A stretch of 64,000 bases of DNA from a candidate division WOR-3 bacterium (GTDB lineage Bacteria; Hydrothermota; Hydrothermia; B15-G9), in the NCBI GenBank assembly GCA_015489175.1, contig WGAI01000012.1, forward strand, positions 36,307 through 100,306. The letters are read 5' to 3'. Under the pieces are notes generated by a model. That model was not told where the DNA came from and ran no database searches. It saw only the letters and a list, made by a program, of their open reading frames with translations. The stretch's first letter is position 1, and the number at the start of each line of letters is the position of its first letter. The translations under genes and the position numbers were made by a program. This document shows, piece by piece, positions 56,093 through 64,000 of this stretch.

Positions 56093-58827
56093 GTTCCGCA
56101 TCAGTCCTGCTTCTGCTCATATCGTTGATTTCCATCGATGTGCGTGGCCCAACGGCCGTTCTACACTCAACAGCGTTTCGCGAGTTCAGGGTATTCAGAG
56201 GTGATACCCCTATTACGGTTTTCCGATACGAAAACGATACGCTTTACCTGCCCGATAGCGGGAGTTTCACGGTCGTTTTCGATACCCTTGAGCTGAAACC
56301 CTCATATTCATACGGCGGAAAGTCCCAATCGAATCGGATGCCTCAATCGGACACGGTCAGTGCCAGCCATCTGACAGAATCGACATGGCTAAAAATCAAG
56401 GGCAACAGGCGAATTGGACTCATGGTTGGCAGATCCGTCTCGGTGAGGCAGTCGCTTGATATTCTCATAGACGGGAGGCTGACGGACTCGGTTGAGGTCG
56501 AAGGCAGGCTCAGCGACGACGATGTCAATACAAATCAAGATGTCTTTGCAAGTCGGCTCAGCGATTTCCAGAGTGCCAGCATCATGTTGCGCTCTCGAAG
56601 CTTAAAGCTTCAGCTTGGAGACCTCACGCTGCCGAACGACGCATCGGTGAAGTATCGCGGCGTTTCGATGAGCTACGATTTGTCACACTCAACCAGCTAT
56701 CTGACAGTGGCTTATTCGCGGTCATCGAGGCGGAAGGTGGCGTTTGTGGGGACGGACGGTAAACAGGGACCTTATTTTCTGAGAGGTCCTGATGGAGAAA
56801 ATGTCACAATCGTGCCTTTGAGCGAGCATGTTACAGTCAACTCGATCGAGATGAGGCGTGGGATAGATCACGATTACACAATCGATTACGAACAGGGGAC
56901 GCTCGTTTTCACGCCGTCGAGGCCGATTCGGGACGGCGACAGCATAGTGGTGAGTTTCGCATACATTCAGGATGTCTATGCGCGGCGCATCGTGCAGGTG
57001 GGGACGGACATCGAATGGCTTAAAATCGCTGCAACTGAGTCGAAAGACGACATCTCCGGCCTCTCCGATGAGGACATTATGACCATATCCCGTGCGGATT
57101 CGGCCTCGTGGATAAGCGGTTACAGGTTCGTCGGGCATGGCAGGGGCGATTACCAGCTTCAGGACGGCCATTTTGTGTTTGTGGGCGCGGGGCGGGGCGA
57201 TTACATCGTCCACTTCGAGTATGTCGGCGATGGCGAGGGCGATTACGAATACCTTGCTGAAGGCTATTTTCGCTATGTGGGGCAGGGGAGTGGGGCGTTC
57301 AGGGTTGGCCGAAGCGTCTCGCCTCCGTCTTACGACCGCGTGGTCTCGTTTTCCATGTTAAAGTGGCTCAACATCAACGCATTGGCCGGGTTTCACAGCG
57401 ATAACCTGCTAAATCCGTCGATGAAACGGAAGATTTATCTCATCTCAGGGGACTTTGAAAGAAAAATCGGAATGGCGGGCGTCGATGTGAAGTTTGGAAC
57501 GAGAAGCAGCGACTTTCCTATTCGGCTCATGCCAATGGATTTCATGCCTATCGCATACATGACGACAACCCTGAAGCTCGGCAGTATGAACCGATTCATC
57601 GGAATCCGCATGTTCACGACGAGGGACACTAACTACCGAACTCACGGCAGTGAGCTCATCTTCAGCTTCAACGGCGATGCATCGGTAAGTGGCTCGATGA
57701 GATCGGAGATCATAAACCTGAGATCGAGGAAAAGCATCAACGCCAGATTTGGAGTCGGTGGCTTCTTTGCAGCTTATTCGGATTTCTCAGGCGATACATC
57801 TGCATCATCCATCTCGGTGGGCTACGATTTGAAGGCCTTCAGGACGACTTTTCAGGACAAACGGGACGCGGGAGGCAGCCACAAGGTGGCGCTCGTCGCT
57901 TTTTCCCATAGCTGGTCGTCGAAATCAAGCATCTCGTTGAGCGGAAATATCTTTGTCACGAACGATACGGTTCGCAAAACGGCATCGTTCATCTGGAGAT
58001 ACGGCTTTTGGAGAGGTTCCCACGAAATTAACTACGGCGCAAGCTTCTTGAGCATGGATATCTACCAGTTTGTCGGGGAGGGCAACGGCAATTACTCCTT
58101 CGATCCGGCCAGCGGGCACTACTATCAGGACGACGGCGGAAGCTACATAAAGATCAGGAAGAGATTGCCGTCAAAAGAGCCATCTCTGTGGTTCAAAAAC
58201 CATGTTGAAACAGCTTACACCAGCGATCGCATGAGCTTCATGTCGTCGATCACATTGAACGAGGGCAAAAACGGCAGCTACAATCACCGAGCTGACATGT
58301 CAGCTCGCATCAGGTTGACCGAGAAGCTCTCCGTCTCGGCGAATTTCAACGGGTTTAAATCAGCGGACCCGTTTGCGGGAGAGTTGATTGACTATAACGG
58401 TGAGCTCAGGCTTGAACAGGACAGGATTTCAGCGTTTGGAGGCACTGGGAGAAGCAAGACGAGTTACATGCCTGAGAGAAGAAACATCTGGTTAGGCTTG
58501 GCTTTCCGTCACGGCAAAGGCGACATCACGGCAAAGGTGGAGAGGATCAGCGGAGCGGCAGAGATCAATGTGCTTTCGGTTTCGCATGACATAAACATCT
58601 CGGTCGGAAAAATCCCCATCTCGTTCAGCGCTGAGGCTTATTATGGTTTCCTTAATTCCATTAGGGACAGCATGATAGTAACGCCGTTGACCATGCCGAT
58701 AGGGTTCGGCTACCGATATCGCATAACTGCGTCTCAGAGAATCAGGAACAGAACTGACCTGAAAGTCACACTCAACGGGACGAGGTTCAGGACACACTTC
58801 TATGTGTCGCTCGACATGAAATTCTAA
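56089..58827 (+). CDS. 912-aa putative outer-membrane beta-barrel protein with internal (F/Y)VGxGxGDY tandem repeats
   Basis: Start overlaps the upstream stop (ATGA). Signal-like N-terminus. Amphipathic beta-strand periodicity. C-terminal ...FYVSLDMKF ending in Phe. Four ~16-aa repeats: FVGHGRGDY / FVGAGRGDY / YVGDGEGDY / YVGQGSGAF. Confidence 0.5.
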   Translation: MSSASVLLLLISLISIDVRGPTAVLHSTAFREFRVFRGDTPITVFRYENDTLYLPDSGSFTVVFDTLELKPSYSYGGKSQSNRMPQSDTVSASHLTESTWLKIKGNRRIGLMVGRSVSVRQSLDILIDGRLTDSVEVEGRLSDDDVNTNQDVFASRLSDFQSASIMLRSRSLKLQLGDLTLPNDASVKYRGVSMSYDLSHSTSYLTVAYSRSSRRKVAFVGTDGKQGPYFLRGPDGENVTIVPLSEHVTVNSIEMRRGIDHDYTIDYEQGTLVFTPSRPIRDGDSIVVSFAYIQDVYARRIVQVGTDIEWLKIAATESKDDISGLSDEDIMTISRADSASWISGYRFVGHGRGDYQLQDGHFVFVGAGRGDYIVHFEYVGDGEGDYEYLAEGYFRYVGQGSGAFRVGRSVSPPSYDRVVSFSMLKWLNINALAGFHSDNLLNPSMKRKIYLISGDFERKIGMAGVDVKFGTRSSDFPIRLMPMDFMPIAYMTTTLKLGSMNRFIGIRMFTTRDTNYRTHGSELIFSFNGDASVSGSMRSEIINLRSRKSINARFGVGGFFAAYSDFSGDTSASSISVGYDLKAFRTTFQDKRDAGGSHKVALVAFSHSWSSKSSISLSGNIFVTNDTVRKTASFIWRYGFWRGSHEINYGASFLSMDIYQFVGEGNGNYSFDPASGHYYQDDGGSYIKIRKRLPSKEPSLWFKNHVETAYTSDRMSFMSSITLNEGKNGSYNHRADMSARIRLTEKLSVSANFNGFKSADPFAGELIDYNGELRLEQDRISAFGGTGRSKTSYMPERRNIWLGLAFRHGKGDITAKVERISGAAEINVLSVSHDINISVGKIPISFSAEAYYGFLNSIRDSMIVTPLTMPIGFGYRYRITASQRIRNRTDLKVTLNGTRFRTHFYVSLDMKF
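57120..57310 (+). repeat. in-frame tandem repeat (4 units of about 48 nt) encoding GRGDY-type peptide repeats
   Basis: DNA repeats ggcaggggcgattac / gcggggcggggcgattac / gatggcgagggcgattac / gggcaggggagtggggcg encode (F/Y)VGxGxGDYxxxxxG(H/Y)F units. Confidence 0.7.
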
Positions 58828-60899
58828 CCGTTGTTCCTCGTATTTCCGAGCTGGAGGGTGTAGAGGTAGTAGTAAAACCCTTTTCGTTCCATAAGCTGGG
58901 CGTGGGTGCCCCTTTCGACTATCTTGCCGTGCGACAACACTATGATCTCGTCCGCATCCCTGATGGTTGACAGCCTGTGTGCGATTACAATGGATGTGCG
59001 ACCCTCAAGCAACTTCTTGACAGCCTCCTGGATGAGGTGCTCGGTCTCCGAGTCGATGCTGGAGGTTGCCTCATCAAGTATCAAAATCCTTGGGTTGAAA
59101 GCAATTGCGCGTGCAAACGAGATCAGCTGCCTCTGCCCGACCGAAATGTTGAGCCCCCGCTCGCCCAGTTCGGAGTTGTAACTTTCCGGTAGCCTCTCGA
59201 TAAAGCTGTCCGCATACACATACCGCGCTGCCTGCTTCACATCCTCGTCCGAAATATCGTCGGAATGCAACCTGATGTTGTCCTTAACGCTGCCGGAGAA
59301 TATGAACACATCCTGAAGCACAAGCGCTATCTGACGCCTCAGGAACCTGAGATCGAGCTCTCTGATGTCCGTTCCATCCAGCTTGATGCTGCCTTTCTGT
59401 ATATCATAGAAACGGAGCAGGATGCTGATTATGGATGTCTTGCCCGAGCCTGTGGGGCCGACGATGGCGAATGTCCTGCCCGGCTCCACATGGAAGGATA
59501 TGCCTTTAAGCACCCATTCCTCATCGACATAGGCGAACCACACATCCTCAAATTTCACGTCGCCTTTAACCTTCGGCAGGGTCTTGCCCTCGTAGTTCTC
59601 GATCGGCGTGTCTAAAACGCCAAAGATGCGCTCGGCGGCCGCCATGGCGCCCTGCATGATGTTGAACTTATCGGCGAGCTCGATGATCGGCTGGAAGAAC
59701 ATGCGCACATAGGAGATGAAAGCTACAAGTGCGCCGAACGACAGTGCGCCGCGCACGACCTGACCGCCGCCATACCAGACTATCAACGCAAGGCCAGTCG
59801 AACGGAGCAGCTCAACAGCAGGCCTGAATGTTCCGAAAATGTAAATAAGCCCGATGGTTGCGTCGAAATACTCTTTGTTTACCCTGTCGAACTTGTGGAT
59901 GACCACATTCTCGGCTCCGAGAAGCCTGACCACCTCGATGCCGCTCAAATGCTCCTGTATGAATGCGTTTATCCTTGCAATCGCCTTCCTGACTTTTCTG
60001 AACTGTTTCCTCGCCGCATTCTGGAACCATGTCGTCAGGGCAACCAGTATCGGGATGAGCAGGAGGATGAGAAACGAGAGCCTCACATTCATCTTCAACA
60101 TGATTATGAATATTCCGATGGCCATCAGTATGTCGCGGAAGAAGTAAATCAGAACATCCGTATACATCTGGTTTATGGCGAGGATGTCGTTTGTGGCACG
60201 GGTCACGATTCTTCCGACCGGATTTTTGTCGAAGAACGGGATCGGGAGCCTCAGAATGTGCCCGAAAACCTCTTTTCGCATGTCATACATTATCTTCTGG
60301 CCGGCGTAGCTCAGAGAGTAGGTCTGCACGGTGGAGAATATCATGTTGAGCACCAACACGACCAGGAAGATGATGGCATATTTGATGACACCCCTTAAGT
60401 CTCTGCCCCTTAGAGCGGTGATTTCCTTTCTCGACAACAGCCTGGTTTTGTTGGCTGGAAAAAGCAACATCCGCCCATTTTCGATGCGCTCAAAAAGCTG
60501 CTGGTGTTTTTTGACTACCTCAAGAGCAGCTCCTTTCGGCTCGACGAGGATGTATCTCGAAGGGAGTATCGCTCCCTTCGCCTTCAGGAGTTCAACGATG
60601 TGCTTCGGCGTCTCGCTCATGTTTATCAGTAGAAGGGAATCGTCGAGCGGTATTCCTTTGACCCTTATGCTATCGGCCTTTCTAAGGTCAACCTTCACAT
60701 ATCCGGGCACGATGAACCTGTCAATTGCCGTCTTTGTGATGTAAGGCGTGATAACCTGAAATACCGTTGTGAACAGCAACAGGATGGCTGTAATGATGAA
60801 TATCGGTCGATGCGGATACGCGTAGCGAATCATGCGTTTGAAAAGTCGGGAGTCGTAGATTTTTCCGCCGGTATCATCCGTATCGTGAAAGTGTCTCAT
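58824..60899 (-). CDS. ABC exporter (fused TMD-NBD, MsbA/ABCB-like) with about 110-aa extracytoplasmic insertion after TM1
   Basis: Walker A GPTGSGKTS, signature LSVGQRQ, Walker B ILILDEAT and an H-loop. 691 aa, about 100 aa longer than typical. The extra segment lies between TM1 and TM2. Confidence 0.85.
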   Translation of the reverse strand: MRHFHDTDDTGGKIYDSRLFKRMIRYAYPHRPIFIITAILLLFTTVFQVITPYITKTAIDRFIVPGYVKVDLRKADSIRVKGIPLDDSLLLINMSETPKHIVELLKAKGAILPSRYILVEPKGAALEVVKKHQQLFERIENGRMLLFPANKTRLLSRKEITALRGRDLRGVIKYAIIFLVVLVLNMIFSTVQTYSLSYAGQKIMYDMRKEVFGHILRLPIPFFDKNPVGRIVTRATNDILAINQMYTDVLIYFFRDILMAIGIFIIMLKMNVRLSFLILLLIPILVALTTWFQNAARKQFRKVRKAIARINAFIQEHLSGIEVVRLLGAENVVIHKFDRVNKEYFDATIGLIYIFGTFRPAVELLRSTGLALIVWYGGGQVVRGALSFGALVAFISYVRMFFQPIIELADKFNIMQGAMAAAERIFGVLDTPIENYEGKTLPKVKGDVKFEDVWFAYVDEEWVLKGISFHVEPGRTFAIVGPTGSGKTSIISILLRFYDIQKGSIKLDGTDIRELDLRFLRRQIALVLQDVFIFSGSVKDNIRLHSDDISDEDVKQAARYVYADSFIERLPESYNSELGERGLNISVGQRQLISFARAIAFNPRILILDEATSSIDSETEHLIQEAVKKLLEGRTSIVIAHRLSTIRDADEIIVLSHGKIVERGTHAQLMERKGFYYYLYTLQLGNTRNNG

Positions 60900-61058
60900 G
60901 TTGACGCCGATTATAGCTCAGCTTAAGGGAAGCGGCAAGAGTAAAAAATCCTTTTCTCATCTTCAACAGCTCGATGGCGGCATTCTGTGCCTGTTAGATG
61001 CATTCCCCACAGATTTGAGGCAACAACCAAAAATTTTTGTTGAGATTAAAAAACTCGA

Positions 61059-61595
61059 TCATTTAGTGAGCCTTATCCATATCCCAATAACCAGATTGAC
61101 GATAGATAGGATTATCCCAACTATAGCCAGGGTTCTGTATTTTTCTTTCCCTTCTAATTGAGGGTGCTCTGTAAATTTCAAAGTGGCGAAACCTGTGAAA
61201 ACTCCCAAAATCGGGATTATCCATGTGAGGAAATTTGACCGGGCGACTACACTTATCAGCTTAGTATTTATTTTTTCACGCTTGATATACGATTTTGCCC
61301 AAAGATTTCCTATGAAGCCAGCCCCCGCGAAAATTATTAAAAAAGCTATGAGACCAATAGCATAAGGTCCAAGAAATCTAACAATAGCGGACACAACAAA
61401 AGCTACAAGAATGCTCAAGATCAACTCCAAGATCTTTTTTTCAGCATTGTTCTCTCTGCTCTGGGATTTATCCTGATCGTTTTGATACGCATTATCTTTC
61501 CGCTCCATGGCATTACCTCCTTTTACACAAACTGAACCAAATACGATGATAATCAAGCGAGAAGCAAAATTAATCCCTTTCATCCAGATCGGCAA
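61059..61595 (-). CDS. small membrane protein (2-3 TM), AT-rich gene
   Basis: 178-aa ORF, with the likely start at internal MERKDNAYQ (about 61508). Hydrophobic helices ILELILSILVAFVVSAIV, GLIAFLIIFAGAGFIG and LAIVGIILSIVNLVIGIWI. GC is visibly lower than the flanks. Confidence 0.45.
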   Translation of the reverse strand: MPIWMKGINFASRLIIIVFGSVCVKGGNAMERKDNAYQNDQDKSQSRENNAEKKILELILSILVAFVVSAIVRFLGPYAIGLIAFLIIFAGAGFIGNLWAKSYIKREKINTKLISVVARSNFLTWIIPILGVFTGFATLKFTEHPQLEGKEKYRTLAIVGIILSIVNLVIGIWIRLTK

Positions 61596-61639
61596 GCCCC
61601 AATTTTTTAGATCATTCAGCGATTAAAAAAGCGCCTTGC

Positions 61640-62512
61640 CTAATCCCTGATGATGCCGAGTTTTCTGAAGTAATCCGCTGATTTGTAAGAGCTTCTAACC
61701 AGAGGGCCCGAAGCCACATAGAGGAAACCCATCTCCTCGCCTTTCTTCCTGTATCGCTCAAACTCCTCAGGCGTGACATATCGCTGAACAGGGTAATGTT
61801 TCGGAGTTGGCTGAAGATACTGGCCGATCGTGACGATGTCACATCCGACGCTTTTCAGATCCTCAAGCGCCTCATAGACTTCCTCCTCAGTCTCACCGAT
61901 GCCCACCATAAGCCCCGATTTTGTGTAAATGCGGTCGGACAGCGATTTTGCCTGTTTCAGCACATTGAGCGATTTCTCGTAGCTTGCCCTCCGATCGCGG
62001 ATCAACGGGGATATGCGTTTGACCACCTCGATGTTGTGTCCGAGCACATCCACGCCGGAATTGACTACCATCTCCAGCCTCTCATCTAAGTAATCGGGGA
62101 TAAGCGCCTCGACAAAGGTGTTGGGCGACATCTCTTTTATGAGCCTGATCGTCTCCGCGAAGATGTACGCACCGCCGTCAGGGAGGTCGTCGCGCGTCAC
62201 CGATGTCAGGATGACATAGGACAACCCGATCTCCTTAACCGCCTGAGCCACTCGATGGGGTTCATCCCTGTCAACAACGCCACGAGGATGCCCAGTTTTG
62301 ACGGCGCAGAACCTGCAGTTTCTCGTGCATACATCACCGAGAATCATGAAGGTCGCTGTTCCTGAGCCCCAGCACTCGAATATGTTGGGGCATCTGGCTT
62401 CCTCACACACCGTGTGAAGCCGCATCTTTTTGATTATTCGGCTGATACGAACCATGTCGTCGTTGGTCCGCAGCCTGATTTTCAGCCATTCCGGTTTCCT
62501 CTGAAGTTTCAT
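61640..62512 (-). CDS. lipA: lipoyl synthase
   Basis: Radical-SAM CxxxCxxC (CTRNCRFC) plus the N-terminal auxiliary-cluster cysteines (CEEARCPNIFEC). 290 aa. Confidence 0.93.
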   Translation of the reverse strand: MKLQRKPEWLKIRLRTNDDMVRISRIIKKMRLHTVCEEARCPNIFECWGSGTATFMILGDVCTRNCRFCAVKTGHPRGVVDRDEPHRVAQAVKEIGLSYVILTSVTRDDLPDGGAYIFAETIRLIKEMSPNTFVEALIPDYLDERLEMVVNSGVDVLGHNIEVVKRISPLIRDRRASYEKSLNVLKQAKSLSDRIYTKSGLMVGIGETEEEVYEALEDLKSVGCDIVTIGQYLQPTPKHYPVQRYVTPEEFERYRKKGEEMGFLYVASGPLVRSSYKSADYFRKLGIIRD

Positions 62513-62545
62513 CTTCCGCTCCTTATTGTCGTTAATTTTAACCCA

Positions 62546-63991
62546 TCATATCTCCATAGTTAGGCCGCCTTCATTCGTGATGATGATGTCGTGGGGCTTG
62601 CTCTCGCTCCAGCCGGCGGCTGTCACCCTGACGAAAACAGCCTTTTCCTTGAGCTCCTTGATATTTTGGGCGCCGACATAACCCATGCCTGACCGCAAGC
62701 CGCCTGTCAGATATGCGATAACCTCGGCGACGGTGCCGCTGTAAGGCACCATGCCCTCGACCCCTTCAGGTGTGAGTTTTACAGCTTCGTCCTGGAAGTA
62801 TCTGGAGGCACTACCTTTACGCATGGCCGACTCGGAACCCATGCCTCGATATGTCTTGAACTTCCTGCCGTTTAGGTAGATGACCTGTCCGGGCGATTCA
62901 TCCGTGCCGGCAAGGATGTTGCCTATCATCACAGAATCCGCTCCTGCCGCAAGTGCCTTGACGATGTCGCCTGAACGCCTGATGCCGCCGTCGGCGATGA
63001 CAGGCACATCTCCGCCGCATATCCCATCGACCACATCCATAATCGCCGTGAGTTGAGGCACACCCACGCCCGCAACAAGGCGCGTCGTGCAGATTGAGCC
63101 CGGCCCGATGCCGACCTTTACGGCGTCAACGCCGAGATCGACGAGCATCCTCGCCGCCTCGCCAGTGGCTATATTGCCTGCTATGAGCTGGATATCAGGC
63201 CAGTTATCCCGAATTTCGCGCACCATGTCGGCAACCCTTTTGGTGTGTGCGTGCGCCGTGTCAACAACGATGACATCCACACCGGCTTTGATCAACGCTT
63301 CGACCCTCTCGCCAAATCCGGCCTCCGGGCTGACCGCAGCGCCGACCCTGAGACGGCCAGCCTCGTCTCTGACTTCAAGGCTGTTTTGCATCTTGCGAGT
63401 CAGATCTTTCAGCGTTATAAGGCCGACAAGCCGCCCCTCATCGTCCACAATCGGCAGCTTCTCGATGCCGTGCTCTGACAGTTTCCTGTATGCCTCCTCA
63501 AGGGAAATGCCTCTTTGCGCCACTATCGGCTTACGCATGACATCGCTGAGCTTTGTGTCGGGCTTTTTTACGAATTTCAGGTCTCGCCTTGTGACGATGC
63601 CAACGAGCTTGCCGTCAGATGTGACCACTGGCACGCCGCTGATAGCCTTAGTGTGCATTAACTTACGGGCTGCCTCAACTGTCGCATCGGGCCGAAGTGT
63701 GTAAGGCTGCTCCACGAACCAGCTCTCGGTCCGTTTCACGATCTCGACCTCACGAACCTGCTCCTCAACGGTCATGTTTTTGTGGATAATACCAATTCCT
63801 CCGTTTCGCGCCATTGCAATGGCCATCCTCGCCTCAGTGACCGTGTCCATTGCGGCAGATACGATAGGGACTTTCAGGGTGATCTTTCGTGTAAGTTTTG
63901 TCGTGAGATCGACTTCGGCAGGTATAACCTCGCTATACTGCGGCACAAGCAAAACATCGTCAAATGTAAGGCCTATTTGTATTGATTTCAT
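62546..63991 (-). CDS. guaB: inosine-5'-monophosphate dehydrogenase
   Basis: IMPDH TIM barrel with the catalytic [11 protein letters not shown] loop and an inserted CBS pair. 481 aa. N-terminus [20 protein letters not shown]. Confidence 0.95.
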   Translation of the reverse strand: MKSIQIGLTFDDVLLVPQYSEVIPAEVDLTTKLTRKITLKVPIVSAAMDTVTEARMAIAMARNGGIGIIHKNMTVEEQVREVEIVKRTESWFVEQPYTLRPDATVEAARKLMHTKAISGVPVVTSDGKLVGIVTRRDLKFVKKPDTKLSDVMRKPIVAQRGISLEEAYRKLSEHGIEKLPIVDDEGRLVGLITLKDLTRKMQNSLEVRDEAGRLRVGAAVSPEAGFGERVEALIKAGVDVIVVDTAHAHTKRVADMVREIRDNWPDIQLIAGNIATGEAARMLVDLGVDAVKVGIGPGSICTTRLVAGVGVPQLTAIMDVVDGICGGDVPVIADGGIRRSGDIVKALAAGADSVMIGNILAGTDESPGQVIYLNGRKFKTYRGMGSESAMRKGSASRYFQDEAVKLTPEGVEGMVPYSGTVAEVIAYLTGGLRSGMGYVGAQNIKELKEKAVFVRVTAAGWSESKPHDIIITNEGGLTMEI

Positions 63992-64000
63992 GAGCGTCCA

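Noticed and set aside
56089-58827. Possibility that the 912-aa protein is SprA or another T9SS component
   Set aside because: It is far too short for SprA (over 2000 aa), and it has no motifs I can tie to PorV/PorU/PorP. It is kept as a generic putative OM beta-barrel.
63087-63704. 205-aa Ser/Thr/Arg-rich plus-strand ORF inside guaB
   Set aside because: Antisense shadow of guaB. Low-complexity composition.

Overview
This 64 kb window is a gene-dense chromosomal segment (about 52-53% GC). It most likely comes from a diderm bacterium of the FCB group (Bacteroidota-related or candidate phyla such as Cloacimonadota or Marinimicrobia). The basis for that guess is three large secreted proteins ending in type-A T9SS C-terminal sorting domains, TonB-dependent and TolC-type outer-membrane proteins, and LPS genes lpxD and kdsD.

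The backbone is housekeeping: ligA (partial), a truncated dcw cluster rsmH-ftsL-ftsI, leuS, lpxD, dacB, ribD, a K+-dependent membrane pyrophosphatase, fabD, purA, lipA, guaB and tRNA-Gly(GCC). Between these lie accessory-looking regions:
- A tandem pair of T9SS cargo proteins, one transglutaminase-like.
- A 1471-aa gingipain-like C25 peptidase fused to FN3, an FG-GAP beta-propeller and a T9SS CTD.
- A 1506-aa multidomain P-loop NTPase (TPR - degenerate GGDEF - P-loop ATPase - long TPR array) whose stop overlaps the start of an amidohydrolase. This is the most novel-looking locus.
- A 1138-aa secreted beta-propeller protein with a C-terminal EF-hand/dockerin-like Ca loop next to an orphan TolC.
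- A lipoprotein(DUF4097-like)-OMP pair whose OMP carries tandem GRGDY-type repeats, convergent with an unusual ABC exporter.

No CRISPR arrays, rRNA genes, intact IS elements or prophage genes were seen. Several clean bidirectional rho-independent terminators and two sigma70-like promoters are visible. Many long GC-driven shadow ORFs in the six-frame track were rejected.
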